From Stegostoma tigrinum (Eukaryota): a stretch of 64,000 bases of DNA. This document shows, one piece after another, positions 27,185 to 39,439 of the stretch. Positions within the stretch are counted from its first letter, which is position 1. Each line of letters opens with the position of its first letter. Below the pieces are notes generated by a model that saw nothing but the letters and a program-made list of their open reading frames with translations, ran no database searches and had not been told where the DNA came from. Position numbers and translations under genes: made by a program. The stretch lies in NCBI RefSeq assembly GCF_030684315.1, contig NC_081356.1, positions 31,459,197-31,523,196 on the forward strand, written 5' to 3'.

Positions 27185-27520
27185 AAGCTTGTGTTTTAAT
27201 CCCTCCAATGGCCTTGCTCCTCCCTATGTCCACGACACACTTAAGCTCCCCGTGCTGCTTCAGTTCTAAACTTTTGCAGACCCCTAGTCCCTTCAGCTCT
27301 CCACCGGTAATGAACTTCTTGATTCCCAAGGCCCCAAACTCTTGAGTTCCCTTGCTGTTCCTCCACCTCAACCTCATTCCTTAAAGCCTGCCTCTTAGTA
27401 AATTTTTTTGGTCACCTGTTCTATTGTGGTGTCAAAGTTTGTTTGATAACATTCCTATTAAATGTTTTATGTAATCTTGTTATGTTAAAGGTGCTGTATC
27501 AGTGCATATTGCTGTTAAGT
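27185..27520 (+). mobile_element. L2-type LINE 3' end
   Basis: GGCCTTGCTCCTCCCTAT...TTAAAGGTGCTGTATCAGTGCATATTGCTGTT tail. Confidence 0.55.
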
Positions 27521-27977
27521 CTTGATTGCAATATCATTTAAATACTTCTCTTAGATTTTACAAAAATCTGCACAAGCATATCATGGCATACATAAACAGT
27601 GTTTTGTTTTCCTTCTGCCATTATTAAGGTTTAGTTTTTTGATAGAAATGTAACTTACCTTTGCCTGAATTGGAAAGAAAGGGAAATTGTAAGTGTTCAT
27701 CTCATATTACTGCAAATGTTATGCAAAATGGCAAGTTTTTTCCTGTCAGATTCCAGCTTTTGAGAGCAAGAAGTGGGTAGTATATTCCATGTATATCTCT
27801 GAACAGTGTTTACCTTAGAAAGTGAGAGATATTCCAGGAATGTGTTTTGTACAAATTTTCAGCACATTGTAATACTGGACACATATAGCTTAAAGCTCAT
27901 TAGCTACAGTGGGTTAGATTACACTATGTAGTGTCTGCTTGCAACTCTTTTTCTCCTCCTCCTCCGCTGTGCCATCA

Positions 27978-28001
27978 CCCCCCCCCCCCCCCCCCCCCCC
28001 C
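27978..28001. repeat. Poly-C homopolymer (24 nt)
   Basis: Direct reading. Confidence 0.9.
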
Positions 28002-29189
28002 GAACATAAGCATCAGGTAACTGTTTAGTGTACAAAATATCATTTATGTACATGTAGCTTTTTGTGAGACAATATTTTGTTCTTTCTCCTTAGCAGTACT
28101 GTTGGGACTTGCATTCACACCTATTAGCCAAGTCTGTATCTGATAGATTGTTATTATAATACTGTTTTAGATCTATGTGTTTACCCTATATGTTGAATTT
28201 GCCCTGGCTAAAAGTTCAAAAATATTGTGGCATTGTTTCACAAATGCATCTCATGAATTTCTAAGTGCTTTTAATTCAAAAATGTAAGCTTTTCCTCAAA
28301 TTGTCGAATGTACTTATGTTGGAGGCATGTAATGGGATGTGCTTCAAGCCCTAATCTTAACTGATGAAATGTACACATTTAAACTGTCTCCATTCTTTTC
28401 CAAAAAAAAAGCTATCTTGGCCAGACTTGTTATTTATACGTTATTTATACATTATTTGAGTAAATGAGATCTTGCAATCAGAATTTGATTTGATTGTCTT
28501 TCCAGTTATGCATATGAGGGAAATAGCAATTATAGAAACTGCTAATAACTACACTCATTTATTGCTGCTGTATTTAAATTGGTGTGTATTTTATTGAATA
28601 GTCATCCATAATCTGATGATGGCACCAGTATAGTTCACAAGTCATTACTTCATTGTGGACATCTGTATTTAAAAGAAAATTAAAGCCATGTGAAATATCT
28701 TGAGGAAACTACCTTCAAGAATTAAAACAATGGCTAAAGTAAAAATGAACAGTGTCAACGCTAATGTCAGCTGTGAGAAAGGCCTTTGTGAACACTTAAA
28801 CAACATACTGGTGCCAGTACAAATTGTCCAGTCTCCTAACCTTGAAACTTGGGAGCTTAAATTACTGGTTAATAATTAATCAAATTGAATAAAGAAGAAA
28901 ATATCCAATAATCAGTTGCCTGTATACAATGACACTAAATTGTAAGTTAAAAGTTTTCTACTTCTGGTAGAGCAGTGTTCTACCATTGTCTTTTAGAAAA
29001 TTTTAAATAAAAAAAAATTCTATATGTGTTTGAAATTGTTGACAGTGAAATTATTTTGTCGATTTAGATTTTACTTAGCTGAAGGGACAAGTCGGGTAGT
29101 TTGTAAACTTCTGAAATTGCTAACTCTGGGTGACAGTAGTACAAGGCTTAATTAGTTTTAATTAAGCCTCTAGGAAAAGAAGTCTTTGA

Positions 29190-29260
29190 GCTAGAGTTGC
29201 TCAGTTGGGAGAGCACTAAACTGAAGATCTAATGGTCTCTGGCAAACCTGGATTTTGGTA
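29190..29260 (+). pseudogene. tRNA-Phe(GAA) pseudogene
   Basis: GCTCAGTTGGGAGAGC..TAAACTGAAGATCTAA.GGTC.CTGG matches vertebrate tRNA-Phe; T-loop GTTCGA lost and acceptor stem broken. Confidence 0.75.
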
Positions 29261-29551
29261 ATGATTGAGATGGTTTAGAGGCTACCTAGTTCTGAACCAG
29301 AAGGCATAGGTTCCAGTCCTACCTACTCTAGAGGTACATCATTACACATTTAAGATGAAGAGTTCCACACCTTTGAATGCTTGAGATAGAATATGCCATG
29401 AATTTGCCATAAGAGGGTGTCGAATAGTGTCTGCCCTTAATAAGACTTTGCATATTTTGGGATGTTCCTTTTTTTAAATTTCACTAGTGAAAATGTAAAC
29501 CCATTAATGTCACAGGTTCCAGAAACTCAGTTTCTCATGCTGAGTGCACAT

Positions 29552-29685
29552 GTTCTGAGGAAGGGTCACCAGACCCAGAATGTTAACTCTGACTTCTTCA
29601 CAGATGCTGCTAGATCTCCTGAGCTCTTCCAGCAACTTCATTTTTGTTCTTGGTTTACAGCACCTGTGGTTCTTTCAGTTTTTAT
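29552..29685 (+). mobile_element. Penelope-derived short element with hammerhead-like motif
   Basis: GTT-CTGAGGA-AGGGTC-ACCA-GACCC-AGAATGTT-AAC followed by the family tail CACAGATGCTGC. Confidence 0.7.
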
Positions 29686-30019
29686 GACAAGCAGTGTACT
29701 GCTTCTTCATTTAAATGATTGCCAAAAGAGAAAGAACATTGTTAATTTCACAATAGATGTATTCAATAGCAAATCAGTTAAAACCCCCATGGAAAACTAA
29801 CATTTAAAAGGTTTAAATTTTATAAATTTAAACTACCCAATAATTAAAACACGAAGCAATGAAACATCTCACTTATAATAGTTAACATTCAATGCCAGTA
29901 ACATTTTGATAATGTAATTAAGTAGGATTCCTTAAAGTGCCAACATAAAATGCAAAACATGGTCACAACCAGCTTGTTAGTAATTTACCATGTTTCCCAT
30001 TCCACGATTCAAAGTTCTG

Positions 30020-30350
30020 CTAGTATATCTTGCTGAGGAAGATTGCTCCACATGGACTGCCTGGATGGTCATGGAGTGCTGAGGGGTATATAGCACAATG
30101 GTTTTGACCAGTTTGCTCAATTCTCACAGTTAACAGGTATGTAGCAAGTGATGTGAGGACAGGAAGCCACAAGGGGCCTGTGAAGGGGGTTTCAATTATG
30201 ATGCACATTGGACATTCGACTGAATGCAACACAAAGTTTCTGCATAGGATGACCTTTGCCAGACAGATGCACAATGCTCTACTGTAGAGTATGATAGGGC
30301 AAGTGCTGTGTTATGGTAGCAACACCCTACAGACATCCAAAAAGTTTGGG
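30020..30350 (-). mobile_element. Decayed Vingi/Ingi-like LINE fragment
   Basis: ALALSYSTVEHCASVW and PLWLPVLTSLA resemble the I-group LAL.YS..EYC.PVW / TPL.WLPVL motifs. Confidence 0.5.
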
Positions 30351-30689
30351 TTAGTACTATTTCTGGTTCTGATTTTTTTTTTCTTTCCATGTTCTGAAAA
30401 GGCCAAGGTCCCTATAGAGAGTAACTCCCAAATTTGTTAGATTGAGATCATGCTTCGGTCTCTGGCCATTCATGTAGTTATGTATTTCTGTTTCCATAAT
30501 GACATTGTGGAAAAGGTTCCATTGTGTGTGTCTTCCATGCTAAATTGACCACAGAATCCAGGGATGTACAGGCTAAGTGAATTAGCCATGGGAAGTGTGA
30601 GGGTTCCAGGGATAGGTTTTGGTAGGATGCTGTTAGGAGGGAACTTCATGGGCTTGCCTCCACACTAGGGATGCTACGTCCTTGTCCTT

Positions 30690-31115
30690 ATCCCAACCCC
30701 CATAACACCAGGCTTTGATATTACGCGAACCGCTACCACTAACAACCCTTTGTCAGTTACTAACGGTCTCCGTTAGCAGCTGAGGAAGGGTCACCAGACC
30801 CGAAACATTAACTCTGATTTCTCTGCACAGATGCTGCCACATCTGCTGAGCTTTCTCAGCAATTTGTTTTTGTTTCTGATATACAGCATCTGCAGTTCTT
30901 TCAGTTTCCATTACCCATTCCTTTGCCTTGGTCTTTTTCTGATCCCGTCTCTCTCTCTGGGTTCCATTTCCACCAATAGTTTACTGTCGTCGCCAGCCCC
31001 TCCACGCCCTTCTTTAGTATACACCAACCTTGTGAGGAAGGGGCACTGGACCTGCTTTCTATCCACAGATCCTTCCAGTACTGAGATTTTCCAGCAATTT
31101 CTGCTTTTGTATAAG
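30690..31115 (+). mobile_element. Nested Penelope terminal-repeat fragments with hammerhead motif at about 30780-30825
   Basis: CTGAGGA-AGGGTC-ACCA-GACCC-GAAACATT-AACTCTG; second degenerate copy GTGAGGAAGGGGCACTGGACC at about 31032. Confidence 0.65.
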
Positions 31116-31339
31116 CAGTCCACTGATCCAGAACTAACATCTTTGATTTTTCTAAAATGCTATCCTGTCTTAGCTGTAATTTAAAAAAACACAGTAGCCT
31201 CAGCCACTAATTATATTTAAGTGTGACAGCTTTTCTACTGTTTGGGTGGTGAGACATCTTTTTGGAGGGGGTTCGGCTTGGGCCGTAGGATCAGTTTCCT
31301 TACTGTGTGACTTTTTTTAAAAAAAACCACATAGTTTCT

Positions 31340-31611
31340 CCCGAATACGAACGTTCACGTTTACAGCCGCCAATCTCCCAGTGATGAGATAGATGGCAGT
31401 GTGAGCGCTTTACCCATCTTGTATTCACTGGTGATGGTTAACTGTTTGTGTTTCGGCGGCTGCTCTCTCTTCCCACTGCTGAATCCCAATGACATCAGTT
31501 CCTCTAGTGGCAGCTCGGGCGGAGCATTTGCAAAGTGTAAAGTAAGAGTCGGAGCTACAGCCCCAGCATTCGAAAGAGAGAGAGGAGAAAGAAAGTATTT
31601 GGGGAGAAAGC
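31340..31611 (+). promoter_or_regulatory. GNG10 promoter/5' UTR region
   Basis: CpG-enriched; CCAAT at about 31370 and 31486; CRE-like TGACATCA about 31490; GC box GGGCGG about 31517. Confidence 0.5.
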
Positions 31612-31692
31612 ATGAGTACAAACTCGAATGTGTCGAGCATGCAGCGGATGGTAGAGCAGCTGAAGTTCGAGGCAGGGATCGAGAGGATGAAG
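31612..31692 (+). CDS. GNG10: GNG10 (G protein gamma-10) coding exon 1 (27 aa)
   Basis: [27 protein letters not shown]; donor AAG|gtgggt, phase 0; not in the ORF track. Confidence 0.93.
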
Positions 31693-32744
31693 GTGGGTTG
31701 AATGAAACGCGTGGATACAATTCGTTCATTTTGTATTGAACGCCAACATTCCATTCCCGGGAATCCGGCAAAGGAGCCGCAACAAATGGACTTGTATCGC
31801 ATTAAGGAGGGAGCGGGAATAATGGATGGCACTCACATTGTTTAACCGTGTTAAAATAGATTTAACTCCCTTATACAGCATTACAAAATCTCGTTACTTA
31901 AGTACAAAAGTTATTCCCTGCTCAAAAATATAACTGCACAAAAGCGATAGTGCAGCCCAGGGAGGATTCATCCTGTTTCGAGTTTTTTTTTCAAAAAGAC
32001 CCTTTCTGTCCGATCATCTCACAAGTGTTTAGCATTCTTATGAGAGCCGCGATTGCAGTTTCTGAGTTCGTTCCAGACAGAAACCTGTTTATGTTGCTGG
32101 GCTCCGGCCTGGCTGGAAGTTTTATAGCCAGGGTGCAAAGCTGAGGGTATGTCTGTATTTTACACACTCGGCCAACAGGAACTGAAGTGTACGAGAGTAC
32201 AGTGCAAAGAAAAATTTGCATTTATATAACAACTTTCTGCAGGATGTTGCAAAGCCCTTCACAGACCTCTTCGAAATGCCGACACAAAAAAGCTGAAAAT
32301 ACTTAAAAGCTCGGATAGCATCTATAGAGAGAGCGACAGTTGGCGTTTTTCAGGTCTCACCAGAACTTTTTAAAAGAGCACTGACCGTTTTTGTTTTATT
32401 TGTGTTTATAAATGCAAGAAGAATTGCGTCTATTTTTATAACAATGGGTGTTCATTAGCACCTTTATCTTGCAGCCAGAATTGGTGAGTTCATCTACAAG
32501 TTCAGAGAGAGCTCGGCTGTGTTCAGGGAATGTCAGAGGTGCTGGGGCCTAGCCTGAGCGTTTTAAACATATTCTTTCATCTTCCATCTTCCGTAAACTT
32601 CAGCCCCTCTAATGTCGTTCGTAACCAAACCCATACTGAATCTCACCCATCTCAAGACTCATTAATCTACTTTGGGGAGGCCTGACTTTTTAGAACCCTT
32701 CCATGATGTTTGGTTTGGCCTCAGGTGGAGTATCACACCCACCC

Positions 32745-33375
32745 TGGGGGCAGTGCAGTGGTTAGCACCATTGTTTCACAGTGACAGGGATTAGCCGTGG
32801 GGAGTTGAAGTTTACAGGCTGGGGTGGGTCTCGGTTGGATGTTGTTCAGAGGTTCAGCATAGATTTGATGGGCCAAATGGTCTCTATCTGTACTGTAGGG
32901 GTTGTGCAGTTCTATGATCTGTTTCCGGGCACCACACTTCAGGAAGGTCGTGAAGCCAGCAGACAGAGTCCAAAGAAGGTTCATGAGCGTACGTGAGGAC
33001 CTTCAGTTTTGTAGATAAACTGGGGAAGGTGGAACTGCTTTCCTTTTTAGAAGCAAAGACCGGGAAGACATTTGATAGGGATATTCAAAATTAGATGCGA
33101 CCAGGACAGAGTAGATAGGGAGGAACTGTACCAATTGATGGAAAAGGTTGAGAATGAGAAGTTAGAGATTTAAGGTATCTGGTAAAAGGAGCGATGGTGA
33201 TCAGGAGTACATTGTTTGAGAATCCAGTGGAGGTGAGTTCAATCAGACGGGAATTCATAATTATCTGGAAAGGATATGGGGTGGGAGGAAGGTTCAGGAA
33301 TGACAGTAGGTGAATCATTCTCGTAGAAAATCAGCATAGACCCGAAGGGCCAATGGCTTCCTGTACTACAACCAT
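32745..33375 (+). mobile_element. Internally deleted HE1-like SINE followed by CR1-type 3' fragment
   Basis: GCAGTGGTTAGCACC head joined to the HE1 tail; then RVQRRFM remnant and CR1 UTR. Confidence 0.6.
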
Positions 33376-35109
33376 GGGTAATTCTCTCCTATCTCTGTCT
33401 GTGTAACCTTCTCCAGTCTTTGGGTCTCTGCACTCCTGTAACTGCTATGGTTCTCTTATATATTATTTATCTAATTTTCATCTTCCCCCAACATTTTGAA
33501 TCCTGTGCCAGCATCTGGCATTTCCACTGTAAAATTTCCCTTTTTCTGCCCCTTTAAATGCTGCTTGAACTCAGCCTCTTTTGATCAAAAGGTCACAAGC
33601 ACCAAGCTCTAAAAAAGCTCAGCGGATAAGGCAGCGTGTGTGGAGAGAAGCTAATTAATGTTTTGGGTCCATGATGACCCCTCATTGTAAAGAAAGAAAT
33701 GTTTTGATAAAAGTTTTGAGCAAATGGAAGGTTGAGGGAAGGGAGAAAAATACTGTGACCCACACTGCCCTTTATGCTAATTTGAGATTACCTCTCCATC
33801 TGGAGCAACCTAACGGATTGCCTTAACAATTGCGAACAGAATTCTGGTTAAACTGTTGTGATACCATAATAATGGAAGGACCATTCAAATAACATTAAAT
33901 CCAGGGACTTAAACTGTGCAGGTCAGGAGTGGGAGGAGGGCAGAAATGATGTAAGAATGTTTCTGAGGAGAAAGCAGGTAAAGTTCACACTTTGAATATG
34001 ATAATACTTTAGCAAAGTACTCTCAGCATTTTGCAATGTTGAAGGCACTATACAAATGCATGTTGTAATCATTGGTTTAGGAGTTATAAATTGCTCCCCT
34101 TTAGAGGGTATGCAGGAGACTTGTGCATCTTTCTCATTCCTCCCGAAATAGCCTTGATTTTTGATGTTAAGATTTGAGAGTAGTTCCACAATGAGATTCT
34201 CATAAGTAACGTTCATTAGTTCGGATTTACTGTTCTGCAGCAATTGGGTGTGTTTTTTTTAAAATGTGTATAGTTTATTGATTCATATTTTGCAACTGGG
34301 GTGCCTGAGCTCCATTTGGCTTCAGATTTTTACTTTCCCTGTGCACTTCCTCGTTTATTTTAGTCTCTGATCAAAAAGGTTTGCAGCAATGGTGGCGTTT
34401 CCTCCTTTTTGGGGAATGCAAGCTCTATAGAAAACAGGATGGATATTGAATGTTTGCATGAGTATCAAAACTTGCAACCAATCACCACAGATGTTCTTTC
34501 TCAGTTGAAAGCACCAACAGATTTGTTTTAATCTCAGAAAAACTGGAGGCTTTGATCTGGGGAGAGGCCCTGACCAAACAATCTTCACAGAGTCCTGTTC
34601 TATATTAAATATAGATTTCTAAGTATTACACAATCTGAATGTCAACAGTCTCCCCTCATACAGTAGCTATTTTGAATTTCCCCTGAAATTAGCATTCTTG
34701 TGAATTAGCCTGTTAAAGAAAACACTTCAATAAAATGGCTTTTTCAGCAATCCTGAAGCTCCGCACTACTTAATAACTGCTTTAGACTTAAGTGTTTATA
34801 GCACTGAAAGAGGTCATTCATCCCGTTTTGACTGTGAAGTGGCCCCTGCAGAAGAAATTCACCTAGTGCCACTCACCTACATTATCCCACAACCTTGCAC
34901 GTTTTCCTTTTCCAAGTATTTGTCCCATTCTCTTTCGAAAGTTACTATTGAATCAGCTCCAACTGGCCGTTTAGGAGAATTGATGGTCACTGCATAAAAC
35001 AATTCTCCTCCTTTCCTTTTGTTAATTTCTTAAATTTAGTAATCAACACTCCTGTCATCCTCAATGCTGAGTAACGACTGTTCAACCAGCATTGTGTTAG
35101 CAAGAGCTA

Positions 35110-35480
35110 GATAATGTTCATATCACAAAAAGTCCCGCAAATGGCCCTGTGCAACACCTTTGAAGTGTATTCACTGTTATAATGTATGAAACATGGGTCG
35201 GTTTGCACACAGCAAGCTCCCACATACAGATTATGAAAAGGTCATTTGTTGTAGTGCTATTGAATACCGAATATTGGCCAGGTCGCCACTGTCCAGCTGC
35301 CCCTAAAGATTACACCTTGGGATCTTTTACATCCACCTGAGAGGGCAGATGGTTTTAATGTCTCCTCTGAAAGATGGCTCCTCTGACAGTGCAGCACTCC
35401 TTCAGTATTGCACTGGAGAAGTAGCCCAGTTATGATGTAGGATGGACCTGAAATCCACAGTAATTCAGAGACACTGTTTA
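35110..35480 (-). mobile_element. Deu-domain SINE (SacSINE1-like)
   Basis: GGATCTTTTACATCCACCTGAGAGGGCAGA...GACAGTGCAGCACTCCTTCAGTATTGCACTGG. Confidence 0.75.
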
Positions 35481-36496
35481 TGAAGACAGTTGGAATACAC
35501 TGTTTGCTAGGAATTACTGTTTATTCTTAACCACAAGGTTAGAAGTTTGCTTCATTGTTGAAAGCTGGAGGGTACAGGTTGTAATCACATTCTGTACAAG
35601 TTTAATGTTATTTGTTGGTACAAAATATTTGTTAGTGCAGAATGTGAATCTTGATGGAAAAAGGGACTTGTTGCTGAAGCTTTTCATCTTCATACATCAA
35701 GACAAATGCAAGGATGCCAAATTTCGAATATCTCCACCATCCCTCTGTAGTTTGAGGGTTTGAGATTTGGTATTCCTGTGGTTGTGCTCCTGTGTGCAAA
35801 ATGGAAACTTCTAGCATCGAGTCTGCCTTCTCAGCAACATACAAGTCATAGTGTTGGCGGGTTGACGCTGGTACTTAGGAAGAGAACTCTTTCCCCATTC
35901 CTTTATCTTTTTGCCACTCCAGGTCTGAATGTGGTGGGTATAGCAGCTTGTGGACAGGACAGCTCAGAATAAGCCTCCAATGAGCTGCACGTTGGGGAAC
36001 TGAGGTTGTTAGACATTTTGGAGTTTAGTTTTAAGTACAATATGGGAATTGTGAACGAACTACTGAGTACAAGTTCAGATGCTACAGATAATTTTACATT
36101 ATTGTGTTCAAACTGCTTTTTTTAAAAATTAAAATAAAATTATGACAACTGAATGATGGTTTGTTCTACTCTTACTGCAGTCCACAATGAAAATGGTAGG
36201 ATTATTACCACAGGGAATGCGTGAGATGAATAGTATAGATATAGGAGAAGCTAGTTACATACATGAGGGAGAGGGAAACAGAAGGATATGTTGACAGGGT
36301 GAGATGAAGAGGGGTAAGAGCAAGCTCCAGTGGAATATTATAACCAGGACGGACTTTTTCGGACAAACTGCCTATATCTCCAGGGCAACCCTGTTACTGC
36401 TAAAATTTGTGACTTTGAATTCCATTCAGATTTTCTTCTTTGCACTAATACAGAGTTGATATTGCCTGTTGACAACGGCAGTATGTAATGGGTGAG

Positions 36497-37075
36497 TATT
36501 ATAGACTAGATCAGACTCCCTCAAAATATTTTAAGAAGCTAGCCTAGACCCCAACCTTTTCTTATTTTAAAGGTAGATGAGAAGAGCCGTGTTCTGGATA
36601 GGGTGTGACTGGTCAAAGCACTCGACATTGAGCAAAACACAATTTGGAAAAGCATAATATTGGAAAACTTGTATATTAATTAACTGTTACAATATAGTAA
36701 TGTCCCTTGAACACACCCCTTGGCTAAAAGGCACATTCAGACACAGATTCTCACATGCAGTTCTCCAATCCAGGAGGAAAGAAAACATCAAGAAAATTCA
36801 GAGAAAATAGCAGCTAGGAGACATTCAGTGAAGCTTTCAACTCTTCTTAAGACCCCCCAAAGGCTTCTCCTTAAAACTAAACCTAGAAAATTAAAAAAAT
36901 CTAGAAAGTCTGGACTCCGAGAGCTGGCCACACCCAGGCTGCTTCTATTGTTCCAACTTTTAAAAGAAAACCCCAAGGCTTCACAAATTGTTTACTTTCT
37001 TAGAGACAGCTCAGTACCTCTGCCTTACAACTTCTCCAGGACAAGATAAGCTCTTAAAGTGACAGCATCTTCACA
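36497..37075. mobile_element. Solo LTR (579 bp) with 5-bp TSD GTGAG
   Basis: TSD at 36492-36496 and 37076-37080; ends in CA, 5' end TA (possibly a mutated TG). Confidence 0.6.
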
Positions 37076-38324
37076 GTGAGCTTGTACCATTTCATTTGTG
37101 TGATTATGTATAGAAACTAGAAAGAAAATAAGAAGCCAATTGTCCAGATTGCTGAACTTTTAAGGAATGAAGATTAATATCATAGTTTTTTAAAAAAAAT
37201 ATATACCTGCGAATCCTGGACACAGAAGGCTGTCTCTACATCTGAAGAATGAAGAGACTCTAAAGGTCCCTTTAGATCATAAAAACAGGAGATGACCAAG
37301 CAAAGCCTCGAACCTGTTCTCTGTTTAGTCCGTTCATTCCTTTCCTGTATTCTAAGTTAGTTTCCACCTTCGCTGTCTCAACGTACTATCAGTGTCTCTT
37401 GGCAAAACAAGGCCACCAACTTAAAGAGCTTACAGTATGGTCATTGTTGAGCTAGTAATGTCTGCAGTGGCTCAGCCACGTCTGCTGGCAGGGTGGGGGC
37501 TCGATAACAGCTGTATTCCCAAAAACCTTCCAGATGGTGAATTGGCCACAGGGCCATTTGCCTTCTGGGCTTTCACACGTCTGCTACAAGCAAGGCCTAA
37601 AACTGACGGACATTGATACTAGCGAGTGAGAGACGCTGACAGACAGCCATACCATCTTGGTGCTGACAGTTTCGAGGGGCATCAGAAGAGATAAGGCAGG
37701 AACGAGACGTTGAGCTGCCTGAGAAGAGAGCTGTGATAGAACACAGGCAGAGAATCTCACAACTTCTCATCCCACTGCCTTTCTCTGCAGCAAATTTGGC
37801 TACACCAGCCAGTGTGGGGTGTGTTCCCAAGATCCCATCAGGCAATACTTAACACAAATCTGAGTACCGCGGTGCAAAGCGTTAAGAGAAGGAAGGCAGC
37901 CATTGTCCCTAAACTTGGCGTTGTTCTGTGACACACAGCAGCCTTTTCTCTAACCCTGCTGTAAATATTCTGCACTGTATTTATCATTTTATCTTCATCT
38001 ACTAGTAATCGCTGTAATCCCTTAAACTAGCAATAAAATGGGCTGCAATTCCAAGTGTGTAATTGATTATTAATGTTTGTTCCGAAACAGAGTGAAAATT
38101 TTAGAGCATGCCTGAAAGATCTCAAGTGGAATATAAATTATGCCCTAGTTTATCATGTTACAGTTTTCAATCCCCTGTAAATATTCCATGCATTCTTCTG
38201 TAAGGGAAAACATTTGGAGATTTTAGATTTTAACAAGTGAAGACCAACTAAGGTAGACAGAACAAAACCCATGTTAATCTCTAATAGAGTAATTTACTGT
38301 TACACTACACACATGAAATTTAGA

Positions 38325-38790
38325 CGAATAAGAGGTGACTCTTTTGAAATGTAGAATTTTGCAGGAATTGGCAGGGTTGATCCTGGCAGAATGTTTTCTC
38401 TTGTGGTGGATCTCAAATTGTGGGGTGGTGGGGGGGGGTGGGCAACTTCAAAATAACGGGTGTCCCAATTTAAAAAGAAAATGTAGAGACATTTCTTCTG
38501 AGGATTGTTAACTGCAGCAGAGCGCTGGAGCCTGGTCAGTGTAAATATTCAAGGCTGAATTTGAGTTTGGATCAGAATGGGAGTCAAGAGTTATCGGGGT
38601 TGGGCAGGTGGAGATCGTACTTAGTCTTATACTTAGACTACAGTATGGAAACAGGCACTTCGGCCCAACAAGCCCACACCAACCCTCAGAGCATCGCCTT
38701 CTAATACCTCAATCAAATCTTTGTAAAGTTATTTAATCTTCTTCAAGGGACTAAATGGCCAACTCCTGCTATTTCTTGTATTCCGTGGAT
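38325..38790 (+). mobile_element. CR1-type LINE 3' fragment with nested SINE tail
   Basis: RRIRGD remnant and CR1 UTR; inverted SINE tail at about 38630-38700. Confidence 0.6.
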
Positions 38791-38966
38791 GTGTGTACCC
38801 CTCAGCATTTTGATGTAACTGCTTTCTATTTCCAGATGTAAATACTTGACTGTGTTCAGAATTTTCAGGGAGTTTGAAAGGCTCAACTGGAGGAATTGTT
38901 TCCACTGTTGGAAGGATTTGTAATCAGAGGGCAGAGATTTAGAGAATGTAGTATGAGAACACAGTG

Positions 38967-39160
38967 CAGGTATGTTGCATGTTCCGTTAACGAGAATTGG
39001 CTGTGACGCAGTTGATGAATAGGGGACACTGTTTGGATAACACGACTTTCTGCTGTACTGATATAGCAATTTTCTGTAGCGATTTCCCTATAACCTGATT
39101 TTCTGTAGTGCAAGGTCGTACAAGAACACAACTATCGCATTATAGGACGACCACCTATGT
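38967..39160. mobile_element. Tigger/Tc1-mariner-type MITE (decayed)
   Basis: Imperfect CAGGT...ACCT(A)TG termini and internal decayed TATAACGCG-like repeats. Confidence 0.45.
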
Positions 39161-39439
39161 ATCTTTTCTTCAGAACTGAAATATTCAAAAATATACCTCA
39201 GACGGAGACAGAGGGGTAGCACGAGAACAGATAGTGTCGAGGCCCAGAGGAAAAGGCAAAGGGCTTGTTGATGACGGTGAAAGAGAAAAGGGAGATGTAA
39301 AATGTTTTCTAAATTAAGGTGTGAAAGGGAGACAATGAGTCCCGTACAGAGATGAGTTGAGGGCATGGTGGGGTGGGGTGGCTGTCAAGAGAATAATCAA
39401 CCAGAATTGAAGAGAAGATCAGTTTTGCTTCCAATTTCC

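Noticed and set aside
31489-31545. 18-codon upstream ORF in frame with GNG10
   Set aside because: Its ATG overlaps the CCAAT/CRE-like promoter motifs and is probably upstream of the TSS; unsupported without 5' end data
31361-31832. 112-136 aa ORFs over the GNG10 promoter
   Set aside because: Shadows of a GC-rich promoter and exon; the real CDS is in another frame (31612-31692)
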